NCBI RefSeq assembly: GCF_009914755.1
Contig: NC_060933.1
Length of the DNA: 64,000 nt
Direction: 5' to 3' (one strand)
DNA from: the human T2T-CHM13v2.0 reference genome, Homo sapiens
Shown: one piece after another, positions 42,456 through 57,999 of the stretch
How positions within the stretch are numbered: the stretch's first letter is position 1
Layout of the letters: each line of letters opens with the position of its first letter
Program-made: the position numbers and the translations under genes
The notes under the pieces: generated by a model
The model's input: only the letters and a program-made list of their open reading frames with translations
What the model was told of the DNA's origin: nothing
The model's database searches: none

Positions 42456-44929
42456 GCCTTGGGTTCCAAACAGGGTCCAGCAGGCTGAACAGGGACATCC
42501 CAGTTTTCCCACCTCAAAGCAAAACTGAGTCCATGAAGAAAAGAGTGCTTTGTGCTGGGCTGGGAACAATGCTTGCCTGGCCATCAGCTAGCTGTGTGAC
42601 AAACTCGTCCCATCTCCTCTCTGAACCCCAGTTTTCCTATCTGTGAATTGGGGGTTGGGTGAGATCTGAGGCCTGCAGGAGGGAAGGAAGCCGCCCAGCT
42701 CCGGCAGCCCTGAGCGAGTCTTTCTGGGTCTCACCCTCTCCTGTCTTTGCAAGCCTCCCAGATTACTGAGCCGGTCCCTGCTTTATGATAAGGAAGCTGA
42801 GGCTCCAAGGGAGGACGTGCCTGGCTGGGTCACCCAACAAGCACGCAGACAAAAACACTCAGAAATTTCAGTTGGATTTTCTTGTTAAGCACCAAACTGT
42901 TCACCGCAGGGAGAATCGGGACTTTGCAGGTTTCCTTGATGTTTGCTTTACAGTTTACTACCGTGTGTTTTGATGACCTGGGGTAGAGGATAAATTTTTG
43001 GGAACTTTGGCCGTTCAAAGTCGGGACTTGTGGGCCTGGCTCTCCCCAGCCAGCTTGGGTCCAGGCCCCGGAGATGTGGGGTTTCCCAGACCTCTCACCT
43101 CCTGCATTGAGCTTGGGGAAATGGCCTCAGAGGCTCCTATGAGACCTCAGACTGCTGGCCCTACTGGGGTGGCTTAGCCCCTGCTCCACACGGCAGGGCT
43201 GGGCAGGCACAGGGATCTACTAATTCAGATCATGTTCTCAGAGGAGAATACCACTTCTCAAGGGAGTGTCCCCATTCCCGCTGCACCCAAACCACATCCC
43301 TGCCCCGGGTGCTGGCATTGCCCTCCTGGCCAAAACCCAGTTAGGGGCTGCCAACCTGTTTCTTACAGCTCCTCAGAGGATGGTTCTCTTACTATCTCAG
43401 TCCAAACCCCTCCTTCAGCCAGTTCTTTTTCCTATCCTCCTTAACTCCCTCCTGCTGTAGGAGAAATCTTTTTGTTCCTGCTGAGCCTCCAGGGAGACAG
43501 GGAACAGCTGGTCAGCATCTGGTGCTCTCCATTAGCCAGGACTCCTGCCCCCTGGGCCTTCCGCTCCCCGGGCAGAATAACTCTGCTTCCTCTAACCTTT
43601 CGGCTGGGTCCCGTGCTCCAGGGCTTTCATCATGTCCTTCATACCTCTGAAGCCACTCCAGGCTCCCTGGCCCTCCTGTGGCTTCTGTTGGGCCCTGCCA
43701 GGCGGGCCAGCCAGGGCAGGGGCAGAGGGCGAATGACCCTCTCCCCTCCCAGCCCAGAGAAGCGGGGGGTGCGGGCAGCCATGTCTGGGGAAGGAGGCAG
43801 ATGTCACAGCTGTGCCAGGTTCCTCCTACTGCAGGGTGAGCCTGAGCTTGTCTTCTGGAAAATGCGGACTGATGCCCTTTCTGCAAGGTTTGGTAAGAGG
43901 ATGCCATGTGGTGGTACGGGTAGAGCCCCCTGCCTCTGTTCCAGGCCACCCTGAACTTCTCTTTCCCCATTGGATGACCTTGGATAAATGACCTCACTTC
44001 TCAAACCTCAGCTTTTTCATCTGTAAAGGGGTAGTTAGGAAGATTCTAGAGATAAGGTCCTAATGAGCCTGGCCCTGACCCACAGCGAGAGCTGTGCGGG
44101 GCCCATATTTTCAGCGACATTATCTCTGTTTTATTGTTAGTCATCTCAGGCCAGGAATGTGCACACCCAGGGGCTCAGCTGTCTGGCTTTGCTCGACCCT
44201 AGAGTCCTGGATTCTGAGCCTGTTGGATTCTGCTGCAGCCTGCTCCTACCTAGGAAAGGAGGGGTCTGTAAACACGGCCGAGTTAGCTCTTCCTCCGCAA
44301 CACTTCCAAAATCCATTTGGGGATCTCCTCTTTCCAGAAGCTTCCGAGGCCCCAGTGAGATGTCTCTGCCAGCCACAGGGGCACAGGAGGGCTAAATCCA
44401 GTGGCCCTCTCCCTTCTCTCCCTAGCTTGGGTTCCTTTGTGCCACCCCGCGAGCGGGGTGTGTGTGCCCCAAGCCGACATGGGCACCTACAGATGAGGCC
44501 TGGTGGGCTGAACCGTCCACACTCAGCATTTACAGACTTGAATGAAAACCGAGCTCACAGAAGCTCCAGCCACCATCCTGGCCTCAGGTCACGTCCCTTA
44601 GAGACCCACCGCTGTGAAGGTGTCCCAGAAATGCCAGTTGTCTTTTGTCCAAAGATAGCATAAGCTGTCTTTGATTTAGGAGGGATCACCCCATCCCAAC
44701 ACCCGGCTCTCAGAGGCACCTCATTCTGGAAAGAGCTGGAGAGGCCATCTTGTTGGTCTCCTGCTACTGACCTGGGCCGTCTCCCATCCTCCTCCCCGCA
44801 GGCCTCTGTGAACCCCCCAGACCCCAAGTCTTGCTCTGCAGCTCACGGGGCTAGGAATGGGCCCTTGGTGGCATCCACAACTCCCCCCTGCCACAAAGCA
44901 CATCTGCACAGACACCCAGCACGCACCTG

Positions 44930-46440
44930 ACGATTCACTTGGTGATAAAAATTGGAAAGAATCCCAGAGAGAGATTTTTATTAAATGCAAACTTCTAATT
45001 ATTCCTTTAGTCGTCTTTTTTCTAGTGACTGAGCTACGACGTATTTTCCTAGCAATTATTTTTAACATCTCGAAAACTGCCCTTAAGATATGCAAAACAC
45101 ACTCACTTAAGAGAGGCAAGTTCCCTTTTCCCTCTATCTCAGTTATTAAGAAAATAGGAAGTTAAATTTGTTCATAATCACATTTCCGCAGCAGACCATA
45201 ACAGGGGTCACGCCTCCAAAATGAACAAGGAAAGAAAACCAAGAAATAAAAAACCAGAACGCCTTGGCGTGTTTGCGATTCCTGCCAGGGTGTGTAGGTT
45301 TGACGGTGGGATTTTCCTGGCATCAAACAGCAGTGAGCCCCAGGCTCCCCCAGGATCCTTCAGGGTCCGTAAGTGGGTCAAGGAGTTCAGAGTTGGACCT
45401 TACCTGCGGGCGTCCCGAGGGGCAGGCTGGGCTCAGGAGCTGACCGTGCCAGGGCTGGGCCACAGAAGGTGAAGGCGCGGTGCGTGGAGGCCCTTTGTGG
45501 ACAGGTGCATGGGCCCATCTCTCTCCGAGGCGCTACCTGCGGTTTACTGGACGTTTATTAGAAGCTCACACAATATCATGAAGCACCTGCAGGCAATAAA
45601 ATCCCTTACATGTGTGAGGCCTTGAGGAAATTAACGGCTCCTCCCTGGGGATGCATATTTTGTGAAGATGTTTATTGCAGATGAAACGCTCCCGGGGTGG
45701 GACATTAACAAGTTGTAGAGTGATAAAAGGATTTTTATCCTTTCTCAGTGACAGAAGTAGGAAGAAGGCTTTAATGGAATCTATAAAAGACCTACTTCCT
45801 AATGAATTTTCTTAACTCTTTATTAATGGGGCTGGCTGTGTGGAGTCGGGGTCCGTGGTGTGCTGCCCCATTGGACAAGGCGGGGATGGAGCGGGAGAAG
45901 GGGCACGGGGCCCGTGCTGGGTCGAGAGCGCATGAGAGGTCTCCGAGTGAGAATCCCGGGGCCGGGAAGTCCATCCGTGAGTGTGCTCCAGTGATAAAGG
46001 CACTGCCCCAGGAAACTCATTTGGAGGGCCCTTGGGGTGATGGAGTGAGTCAGGCCAAAAGGCAGGTTCTGAGCCCCACTTTTTAACCCCCTGTGTCCTG
46101 CTCCAGCCTGCAGGCCATTACTGAGATGAAAGCCGGGAGAGTGCCTTTGGACCACGACTGCGGAATCTAATTGAATTATATGAACGCAGTTAAACGTCTG
46201 CTTCAGAGAGGCAGGGCTCACTTTCAAGATTGGATGCTTCAGGAGTTAATGGGCTATTTGAACAATATAGGCCGAGAGCCGAACACAGGTGGGCTGTGTT
46301 AATAACTTTATTTAGACTTGCTTTTTTTTCCCTTTGAGGCGCACAAGCCTTCCATTAATGCATTCATTAGAGTTTATGGGCAGGCTCTGGTTTTCTCCTA
46401 ATGACACTGTCCAGACCCGGCTCCCAGCTAATTGAGGCCA
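44930..46440. promoter_or_regulatory. Candidate LMX1B limb enhancer region (possibly LARM1)
   Basis: Repeat-free, with AT-rich sub-blocks carrying TAATTA (44996-45001), TTATTA, TCATTA (46364-46369), TAATTG and HOX-type CAATAAAA/TTTATGG motifs. The LARM identity is inferred. Confidence 0.45.
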
Positions 46441-47116
46441 GCTGCCCGGCTGCCCCGCCCCAGCCTCAGGACCCGGTGTCACCAGGATTAGCTATGGGGC
46501 TGGGGCTGGAGCAGTGGGGGAGGAGTCCTGCTTGCCCTCTCCAGTAAGTACAGGAGGGGAGGTGCCGAGGGACACCCCAGCACCACTCAGGCTGGTGAAG
46601 GAGCCCAGATGGGTGGGCTGCCATCCCCACGCCCCTTGGGACAGCCTCTGCCACCATCACTGTGGCCCCCTCCTGGTCCTCCTCCCCTTTGCAGTCACAC
46701 TGATGTTCCAAGAGACCAATCCAACCCTGTCACACCCTGCTGAACAGCCCGCTGTGGCTCCCCACTGCCCTCAGAAGAAAATGCAGACTCCGTCTCTCCA
46801 TCCAGCAATCTTCTCATGGGCTCCAGCCTCCTCTCTCACCTGGTCCTCGTTCCAGATGCATCCCCATGTCCCTCCTCTCTTTGTTGTGGGCCAACAGCCA
46901 GCAATGCCTCACCTTAACCCAAATGGACCCACCCTCTCCCAAACCTACAAGGCCCAGTTCAAATGCATCCTCCTCCAGGAAGCCTTCCTTTTCTGCCTGA
47001 ATTGGAATCCTTTGAATGTGTGTATGTCTTATTGTTTGCCTCTCCTTCCACTAGGCCATGAATACCTTGAGGGCAGGATCCGAATTTGTTATTAGTATTA
47101 AAATAACAATAACACA

Positions 47117-47579
<463 letters not shown>

Positions 47580-47799
47580 ATTTACTATATGCCAGTTGCT
47601 TTATAAGCATTGGCTTATTAAACCGCCACAGCACCCGGAAGGGACGTTTTACTGTCCCCATTTCACAGGTGAGGAAACTGGTGCTCAGGGACAGAACATT
47701 ACTTGCTCAAGGACACCTGTCTCTGCCACTTACCAGCCGGGTGACCTCCCTTCCCCTCCCTGATGACTGCGTCTGTATGTCTGTATTGTGAGATTGTAG

Positions 47800-48222
47800 C
47801 AGTGGGGTGTGGGCATCGGTCCATGTCAGTTTGCAAGAGCTGCTGGTTACATTTTCAAGAATTAATGTTACAAGCTGGTTGTTAAACACAGCCTTTGTTA
47901 AACATTTAAATTATGTAAACTTAAATAAATGATATTCAAATCAAAGGTAATAAACACTCCAAACTCATCCATTCCTATACGTTTACTTCATTTTCCTATC
48001 ATCTATGCCCTTGAGCTCATGTCTACTGTATCTGTGTTGGAAATGCCACATCATGGCAGCTGTGGCACATCTGTGCCTAACTCCACGTGCAGTAACATCA
48101 TGTTCACCACTTGAAATCAGCCATAGTAGGAGTATTTACACCATAGACATGGTCAAACTCCACAAATCAGGGCTTTTTTCCTCCAGAGAGCAGGTTGTGA
48201 GACATGTAGCAGCACATTACTG
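47800..48222. mobile_element. MER63-family (hAT-Blackjack) DNA transposon relic
   Basis: cagtggggtg...gcacattactg termini; internal gttgttaaacacagcc, caaaggtaataaacactc and ggagtatttacacca...caaatcagggctt. Confidence 0.75.
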
Positions 48223-48954
48223 GGTTATAGAGAAACGCCAAGAAAGAACTCTGCCCACAGCTCTGAGCACAGTGCCAGGTACACACTAAGCACTCAATAA
48301 AAGTTTGTTTTGATGAAGATTATAAGAGTGATGATGACAACAATGCCAGTGACATCATGCTCCCCATATCCCCACCCCCAAACCACTCCTACCAGTCCAG
48401 GCCTCTATCCTGAGCTCCATGAGCCCCGTGGCCCAGCTTCCTAGACACCCAAAATAGAATCTCCCCCTTGAGGGCCCCTGGGTCAGAGAATGGCATCTTC
48501 ATCCCCCACGGCCCCGCCAGCAGCCCAGGCAGCTGTCTTGCCTCCTCTGCCATTTCTTGTCTGCACTGGGGTCATTCTCTCTCACTGTTGCCCATCTCAC
48601 TCCCCCCCTCCAGCCCGCCCTCCTCCAGACGGGCAATGCCACCATCCCCAAGCGTGAATCTGACCCTGTTACCCTTCCCTGGGTCCTGGTCACCTCTGGA
48701 AGTTCCGGGCTCCTCGGCCGTCATCTGAGGCTCTGCCCAGCCTCCTGCTGCTGCCTAGGAGTACACAGCCCCATCGCCTGCCCATCCCTCGGGTGCACCC
48801 TGCCCCAGCCACACCAAACTGCTCACATTGATGGATGGCATTCTTCCAGATGCTATTCCAGGTACTGGGGCTACAGGGTAGACAAGACAAAATCCTTGTT
48901 CTCTTGAAGTTTTCATTTTAGTAGGTTAAAACAAATTTTAATTTAAAAAGCAGC

Positions 48955-48995
48955 ATGTGTGTGTGTGTGTATGTGTGTGTGTGCATTGTGTGTGT
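48955..48995. repeat. (TG)n microsatellite
   Basis: Visible TG run. Confidence 0.85.
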
Positions 48996-49017
48996 CTAAT
49001 ATCAGGTGGCATTGTTA

Positions 49018-49097
49018 TTAGGTTGGTACAAAAGTAATGCGTTTTTTTGCCATTAAAAGTAATGTCAAAAAACTCAATTACTTTTGCACCAACCTAA
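49018..49097. mobile_element. MADE1 (Hsmar1-derived mariner MITE)
   Basis: TA|ttaggttggtacaaaagtaat...attacttttgcaccaacctaa|TA: an 80-bp palindrome with TA target duplication. Confidence 0.9.
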
Positions 49098-49099
49098 TA

Positions 49100-49560
49100 G
49101 CATGGAGAAAAATAAGCAGGATAAAGACCAAGACAGTCACCGTGGGAGTTGCTGTGTTATATGGGAGTCAAGAACAACCTTATTCATTGGTGACCTTTGG
49201 GCGGAGACCTGAAGAAAGAGATGGTGTGGCTCTCCAGGCAGAAGGAAGAGCCAGTGCAAAGGCCCCGAGCTGAGACTGTTTTTCTATCTAAGGAAGAGCA
49301 ATGGCTGGAATGGAGTGACCAGGTAAATTCAGAGAAACACAGGGGCCAGATTGTGTAGGGTGTGATTGTTCATGCTTAGGACTTTGGAATTTATCTGGAG
49401 TGAGCTAAGAAGCCAGTAGTGGGTTTTCAGCAGGGGAGTGATGTGACAGACACATTTCAAAAGCTTCACTCTGGCTGCCGTGCTGATTTGGAAGTCTTGG
49501 GCAGACCCCGGGACACAGGCTAGGAGGTGGCTACAATTATCTTCCAATGAGAGATGACGA
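49100..49560. mobile_element. L2 fragment (continues on the other side of MADE1, ~48840-49010)
   Basis: ggtgacctttgggcggagacctgaag...gcagaaggaagagccagtgcaaaggccc...aggactttggaattt, L2 phrases. Confidence 0.65.
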
Positions 49561-49863
49561 TTCTTCTTTCTGGTCTTTGGCTCATGGTATCCCCTTATCC
49601 TAGAATGACCCCCCACTTCTCCTCATTATGTAAGACTAAATCCAGGTTCACCTCCTCCAGGAAGCCACCTCTGATCTCTCCTACCCAGGTTGGGTCAGGT
49701 GGCCTCCTGTGTGCTCCCATAGGCCCAGTCACGCCCCTCTCACTGAACTGAAAGGCCTGTTTACCCACCTGGTTCCCCAATAGCCAGAGAGCAACTTGAG
49801 GACAGAGGCTGGGAATCTCTGTCTCCAGGACCAGCACATGATCAGGCACAGAAGAGATGCTCA

Positions 49864-50355
<492 letters not shown>

Positions 50356-50795
50356 CTAGGGTTGGGGAACTTCCAGAAGCTAGGGGTGGCCAGGGTAGCA
50401 AAAGAGGGGTGAAGAATAGTAAGAGCTGAGGCAGAGTAAATCATGCTGTACCTTTAATGTCGTGGTAGAGAAGTTGCAATTTCTCCCGTGATCACTGAGA
50501 AACTGTTGAAAGCACGTGGCATAGTCAAATGTTTTTAAAAGATGACCCTAAAATGGCACCAGGCCCAGATGATTCTATCAGTTCTCTCAAAGAATAGTGT
50601 ACATGTAATTTATACTTTTCCAAAGATGAGAAGTTTCACTTATAATTTTGTGAGTTTAGTACAAATCTAATCCCATAACCCAACAAAGACAGCTTTATAA
50701 ACCCCATAGATGACTAATCTCATCTATAAACAGCGATGAGGAAACACAAAATCAAATGCTATCATAGAGAAAGTAGCAAAACATTAAAGATATTG

Positions 50796-51096
50796 ACTGG
50801 GCACAGTGGCTCATGCCTATAATCCCAGCACTTTGAGAAGCTGAGGTGGACGGATTGCTCAAGCCCAGGAGTTCGAGACCAGCCTGGACTACATGGCAAA
50901 ACCCTGTCTCTACAAAAAATACAAAAGTTAACCAGGCGTGGTAGCGTGCACCTGTAATCCCAGCTACTCCGGAGGCTAAGGTGGGAGGATTGCTTGAGCC
51001 CAGGAGGTCAAGGATGTAGTGAGCTGTGATCATGCCACTGCACTTCAGCCTGGATGACAGAGTGAGACCGCATCTCAAAAGAAAAAGAAAAAAAAA
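50796..51096 (+). mobile_element. Alu (AluJ-like)
   Basis: Dimeric Alu with AAAACATTAAA-like flanks. Confidence 0.92.
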
Positions 51097-51226
51097 CATT
51101 AAAAATCTAATACACCATTCTAGGAATACAGGTTCAGATGAGGAAAGTCTGTTTATATTATCTATCTCGCTTAATGCCCATTCTCAATCTAAATATTGTG
51201 CAGACTTTGTACTTAAGAGTGAACGC

Positions 51227-51527
<301 letters not shown>

Positions 51528-51670
51528 GAGTGAACATCGTGGCAGGTATATGAACCAGACCTGGCTATGACGAGGATGCCTGTGTGACACAGCATTGCCC
51601 CGGGTATGCTGGATGCTAGCGCACTGTCCTCCTCCTTTTGTCTTCATGACACAAACATATTTACATATGG

Positions 51671-52485
51671 CAGTCCCCCTTTATCCTTGGAGGATAAAGT
51701 CCAAGCCCCCCAGTGGATGCCTGGAACCTCAGATAGTTCCAAACCCTAGTTGTACTATTTTTTTTTTCCTGTACATACGTACTTAGGATAAAGTTTAATT
51801 TACAAATCAAGCACAGTACACTTGCACTTGGGGGCCATTATTAAGTAAAATAAGGGTGACTTAAACACAAGCATTGTGAAACCACTACATTGATCTGATA
51901 ACTGAGACAGCTACTAAGTGACTAGCGGGCAGGTAGTGAAGGCAGGTAGCAGAGGCTGTGTGGATCTGCTGGACCAAGAGATAATTCACATCCCAGGTGG
52001 GAAAGAGCAGCATGACGCGAGGTTTCATTATGTAACTGAGAACATTGTGCAATTTAAAACTTAGGAATTTGGCCGGGCACGGTGGCTCACATCTGTAATC
52101 CCAGCACTTTGGGAGGTCGAGGTGGACGGATCACCTGAGGCCAGGAATTCAAGACCAGCCTGGCCAACATGGCGAAACCCCGTCTCTACCAAAAATACAA
52201 AAATTAGCCTGGCATGGTGGTGCACGCCTGTAATTCAGCTACTCGGGAGGCTGAGGCAGGATGGGAGACAGAGGTTGCATTGAGCCAAGATCACGCCACT
52301 GCACTGCAGCCTGGGTGACAGAGTGAGACTCCATCTCAAAAAACAAACAAACTAACTAAATAAATAAATAAAACTTAGGGGATGGTTTATTTCTGCAATT
52401 TTCCATTTAATATTTTTGGACCATAGTTGACCATGGGTAACAGAAACCATAGAAAGCAAAACTGTGGCTAAGGAGAAGCTGCTGT
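51671..52485 (-). mobile_element. MER44/Tigger7-family DNA transposon, split by an Alu
   Basis: cagtccccctttatcc terminus; gggccattattaagtaaaataaggg...gatctgataactgagacagctactaagtgact; ttttccatttaatatttttggacc. Confidence 0.78.
52071..52372 (+). mobile_element. Alu inserted in MER44
   Basis: AAAACTTAGG flanks; short internal deletion in the right arm. Confidence 0.92.
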
Positions 52486-52848
52486 CCTCGTCTGGTTATG
52501 GCCACCCCTGGGTGTAGAGGGTGATCCTCAGCCACACAGGAGGTTTTGCTGGTTCCGGGACCATAGACTGTAACCCACCAGCTCAGATAATCATGACAGA
52601 CAGTGACCTAGTAGGAAGTACAATATTGGAAAAATAAGTATCGCTACTTTCAGATGAAGATGTCATTTGTCTGTAAAATCCAAAATAATCATTTAGAAAT
52701 TATTAAGACTAAAAAAGGGGTTTGGCAAAATGGCTAGCAGAAAATTAGAAAAGCAGAAATAAGTAAGTTTTCTATATTTTAATAACAAGCAGTTTGAAAA
52801 TATAATGGGGAAATCCCACTTATAAAGGCCATTAAAAAGTATTAAATG

Positions 52849-53176
<328 letters not shown>

Positions 53177-53223
53177 CTATAAGACTAACACTAAAAAACT
53201 TTACTGAGGGATATAGAAAAACT

Positions 53224-53504
53224 TTTTTTTTTTTGAGACAGAGTCTCACCCTGTCGCCCAGGCTGGAGTGCAGTGGTGCGATACAGCTCACTGCAGCCTC
53301 CGCCTCCTGGGATCAAGCGATTCTCCTGCCTCAGCCTCCCAAGTAGCTGAGACCACAGGCATGCACCACCATGCCCAGCTAATTTTTGTATTTTTGGTGG
53401 AGACGGGGTTTCACCATGTTGGCCAGGCTGGTCTTGAACTCCTGACCTAATGATCCGCCCTCCTAGGCCTCCCAAAGTGCAGGCATGAGCCACCGCACCC
53501 GGCC
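53224..53504 (-). mobile_element. Alu (AluS-like)
   Basis: Antisense Alu; TSD TAGAAAA(A/G)CTTTT. Confidence 0.93.
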
Positions 53505-53842
53505 TAGAAAAGCTTTTAAATCACTGGGGAGAAGTTTTCTAAAACTGAGCATTTTTCTGGTATGAGAAGATTGATTAGTATAAAAATGTCCATTTTCTCC
53601 AAAGTAATGAACAAATTTAACACCAGTACAAACAAAATATCAGTGGAATTTTATTTTTCAACTTAAATATTTCTAAAGTTCATCTGGAAATACAAATGTA
53701 TTAGAATTACCAAGAATTTTTTGAAAAGAAGGATTAATAAGAAGTTTGCCTATAAGATAACAAAACATATTATAAAGCTATAGAAATTAAATCAGAAAGA
53801 TACTGATAGAGAAAGAGACAAATGTGTCAATAAGATAGACCT

Positions 53843-54181
<339 letters not shown>

Positions 54182-54695
54182 TCAATAGGGAAATAATAGA
54201 ATGCTTAATAAATAATGTAGAAACATTAGAGGAAGCATTGGGAAAAATAAAGTTAAATCCCTACCTTATGTGAAAATAAATTCCAGATAGATTAAAGATG
54301 TAAGTTTTTAGGGGGATGTTTTTTTAATTGCCAGAAGAAAATATTGGTGAATAGTTATACAATATTGAGTGTGGGAAAGATATTTCTAAATATTACTTCA
54401 AAAACAAAAACAAGAAAAAAGTTTTAATTGCTATGTTTACATTATTAAATTATAAGTATTAGATAATATTTTTATTATTTTTACATACAACTATTACATA
54501 TTTGGCATATTAAAATATTGCAGTGAGCAAACTAGAAGAGATAAATTCTAAATTGAGGAGAGGAAAGGTACTTGCTAGATATATGGCAGAAAAAAGTGAT
54601 TATATTTACATATAGATATCTCTTACCAATCTAAAATTTAGTACTAATTTGACAGAGGCAGTTCACAAAAGAGGAAATAAAAATGATCCATATGT

Positions 54696-54996
<301 letters not shown>

Positions 54997-55780
54997 TCCA
55001 CTAAGTGTAAGAAAAGATGCCCAACCTCACAAATAATCAAAGAAAGGCAAATTAATACACAAAGATAGTATGTTTTGCTTATCAAACTGATCAAGATTCA
55101 AAAAAATGCTAACACCCAGTGCTGGTGAGTTTGTGGGGAAAGAGGCACTCTCACATACTGCTGGTAGTGGAGTAAATTGGTGCAGCCTCCTGGAAGAGGC
55201 ATCATACATGAACAGCCCTTAAAATACTCAGACCCTCTGACCCAGCATTTCCACCTCTTGGAATGTATTGTGGAGAAATAAATAAGATACTTGCACAAAA
55301 GAATTCAATGAAGCACTCTTTATAAACAGGTAAAGAACTGGATACAAGCTAAACATTTAGGGAAATGGTTAAATTGTTGCACACCCATTCTAACCAGTAT
55401 TAAAAAGAATGAGGGAGAAGAATCTCTGGGTGCTGACCTGAGCGATCTCCAGACTATAGTTGGGTAAGAAAAGAAAATGCCAACACTATGTATAGCATGT
55501 TTGAAGCTGTGAAATATACTTACAAACATTTATGTTCATAAACATTCTGAAAACATGCCCAAAATGTTACATTGTGGAGAATATAGCTTTTTGTGTTTTT
55601 TTGAGGTTTTATATGGTGCTTGTATTATTATTTATTTAAAAATGTTAAAACAAAAAAGTTATGCTATATATGTGCATTTATTTTCACATTGGGGACCTGT
55701 CAAAAATAATCAGTTAACTAAACAGTGCAAATAATATGATACCATCTTTAAAAAAAAAAAAAGAAAGAAAGAAAGAAATA

Positions 55781-56092
55781 GGCCAGGCGCTGTGGCTCAT
55801 GCCTGTAATCCCAGCAATTTGGGAGGCCCAGGTGGGCAGATCACCTGGGGTCAAGAGTTTGAGACCAGCCTGGCCAACATAGTGAAACCCCATCTCTACT
55901 AAAAATACAAAAATTAGCCGAGCGTGGTGGCGGGCACCTGTAATCCCAGCTACTCAGGATCTGAGGCAGGAGAATCACTTGAACTCAGGAGGTGGAGGTT
56001 GTAGTGAGCAGAGAGCATGCCACCACACTCCAGCCAGGCGACAGAGCAAGACTCCGTCTCAAAAAAATAAAATAAAATAAAATAGAAATAAA
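55781..56092 (+). mobile_element. Alu (AluS-like)
   Basis: Full dimeric Alu with a (TAAAA)n tail. Confidence 0.93.
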
Positions 56093-57289
56093 TATACACA
56101 CGAATGTCTATGTGTATGTGTATATTTCTCACCTGTACCTGGCTTATCCATTGCCCCATTCCACTCTTGCACACAAAGCTGGGGCATAATAAATATTTGT
56201 TGAATACATTTAAGTGCATATTTCTGGAGTATATACATTCATATCTTAAATGGTGCTGGTCCCTGGGTGAGAAGATTATGGATGGTTTTTATGTTCTTCT
56301 ATTTGTTGTTTTTTCCCTAAAGTTTCCCTAAAAAATATATATCATGTGTCTTATTTTCCTGTTTCCATTATAAAAAAAGAAAGAAACATTATTTCTCTAT
56401 GAAATGGATGACTAATGAACTGGTTAACAGGTTGAGGGTCTGGTGACATTGTGGAGGTTGGGGGGCCACCGTCTGCCCAGAACATGCCCCCACTGAAGAC
56501 CCCTTCTCGAGTCCTTCCCTACTGTTCTCTTATCCATTCTGAACAATAGCAGACTCACCTGGAAGCTTATAAAAAACATTCATTGCCAGGCCCTAGCCCA
56601 GGCTGGCTGACTCCCTGGAGGTGGCCGTGGGCACTGTGGTCTGAAGATCCAAAGTCATATTTCACCCGTCTCCCTTGAACCCTATGCCCCCTGACTAAGC
56701 GTCTCACTCTTCCTGGAACAGGCCTGGCCCCTTGCACCTTGGCACGGCAGCTCCCCAGTCTGAGGCACCCTCCCCACTTTGCCCCCCAACACATTTCTAC
56801 CCTTGGTCACCAACCCCGGGTGTGTCTTCAGAGACACACTCACACCCCCGTAAACAAGGAGGTCTGGAAATAGCCTGCCACTGTCCCACACCCCAAATCC
56901 TGGGGTCTCCGGATCAACTCCCCACCCTGCCTGGACTCCCATCACCCTCCCAGCTCTATTCTCGGCCGATCACCTGTGGCCCTAAAGCTGCAACTGGTGC
57001 TCCGAGTCCATTCTGGGGACAGGATGCTGGAGGGGAACGCTCTAGAACCACCCCCTCTTACAGATGTGGTTCCTGATGCCCAGGGAGGCTGGTGCTACCC
57101 TGACCACACCCTCACACCCTGCAACTGCTGGCTCTCAAAGGATTCTTACACATTAATAAGAAATTGTCACGCACCCATTAGAATAACACCAGTCCTCCCT
57201 GCTCCCCTAAGAAGTGCATGGCTGGAGGCTTCCAAATCTGCCCAGAGCCTCAGCTCATCCAGGAGCCTCAACTTGGAATCTGGGGAGGA

Positions 57290-57980
57290 GGAGTCCTGGC
57301 TTGGTCCTGGCCCTTAAACTGGGGCTTTCCTCCTTGTCCTTCGCCTGATGCCCTGCATGAAGGGTCTCAAAACCTCTCAACCTCTTAGCATCCTCCTCAC
57401 CACGCCTCACTCTCAGCAGGTGAGGGCTGAGGCCTGGATGTCCTGGTGACAGGAAGCCCAGATGAAAGAGTGACATTTCCTTTGACAATTGCCCTCCCCA
57501 GAGGAGGGGTGACTGAAGGGCCCTGGGGTCTGCGTGGCTCGTCCTGGACATGCCTCTTTGCAAACCCACAGCTCCCTGGAGCATGGCTGTCTGTCCCTGG
57601 TTTTCTCATCTCTCCCAGACACCCCCCACCACCAGGCTCAGCCATCCATGTGGGAGGTGGGAGGGTGCCCTGCGGTGGCCATGGCCAGTGAACGCTCCAG
57701 GGGGACATGGTTGGTCCCCCTTGGACGTGAACCTACATCAGCACAGGCGTCCCTGGGGTGGGTTTGGCATCTGATTCCTCCTGAGACTCCAGCTCCTGCC
57801 CCTGCTGAACGTGGGGTGAGAGTGAAGGGAAGATTGAGGGAGAGGGCAAAGGGATGCAGTAGTGCTGAGGTGAGCCTGTGCCCTGAGTGAGGCGGCCCCA
57901 TCCAAGGCCTGGCCTCTGCTGAAGTCTAGCTCCTCAGCCATGTGCCCCCAACTTCTCTGCACCTCAGTTTCTTCCTCTGT
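57290..57980 (+). repeat. Inverted duplication, left arm
   Basis: Aligns to the reverse complement of 59861-60522. For 57556-57640 versus 60212-60296 I count 7 mismatches in 85 nt. Confidence 0.92.
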
Positions 57981-57999
57981 GAAGGGGACATAGGGATGG

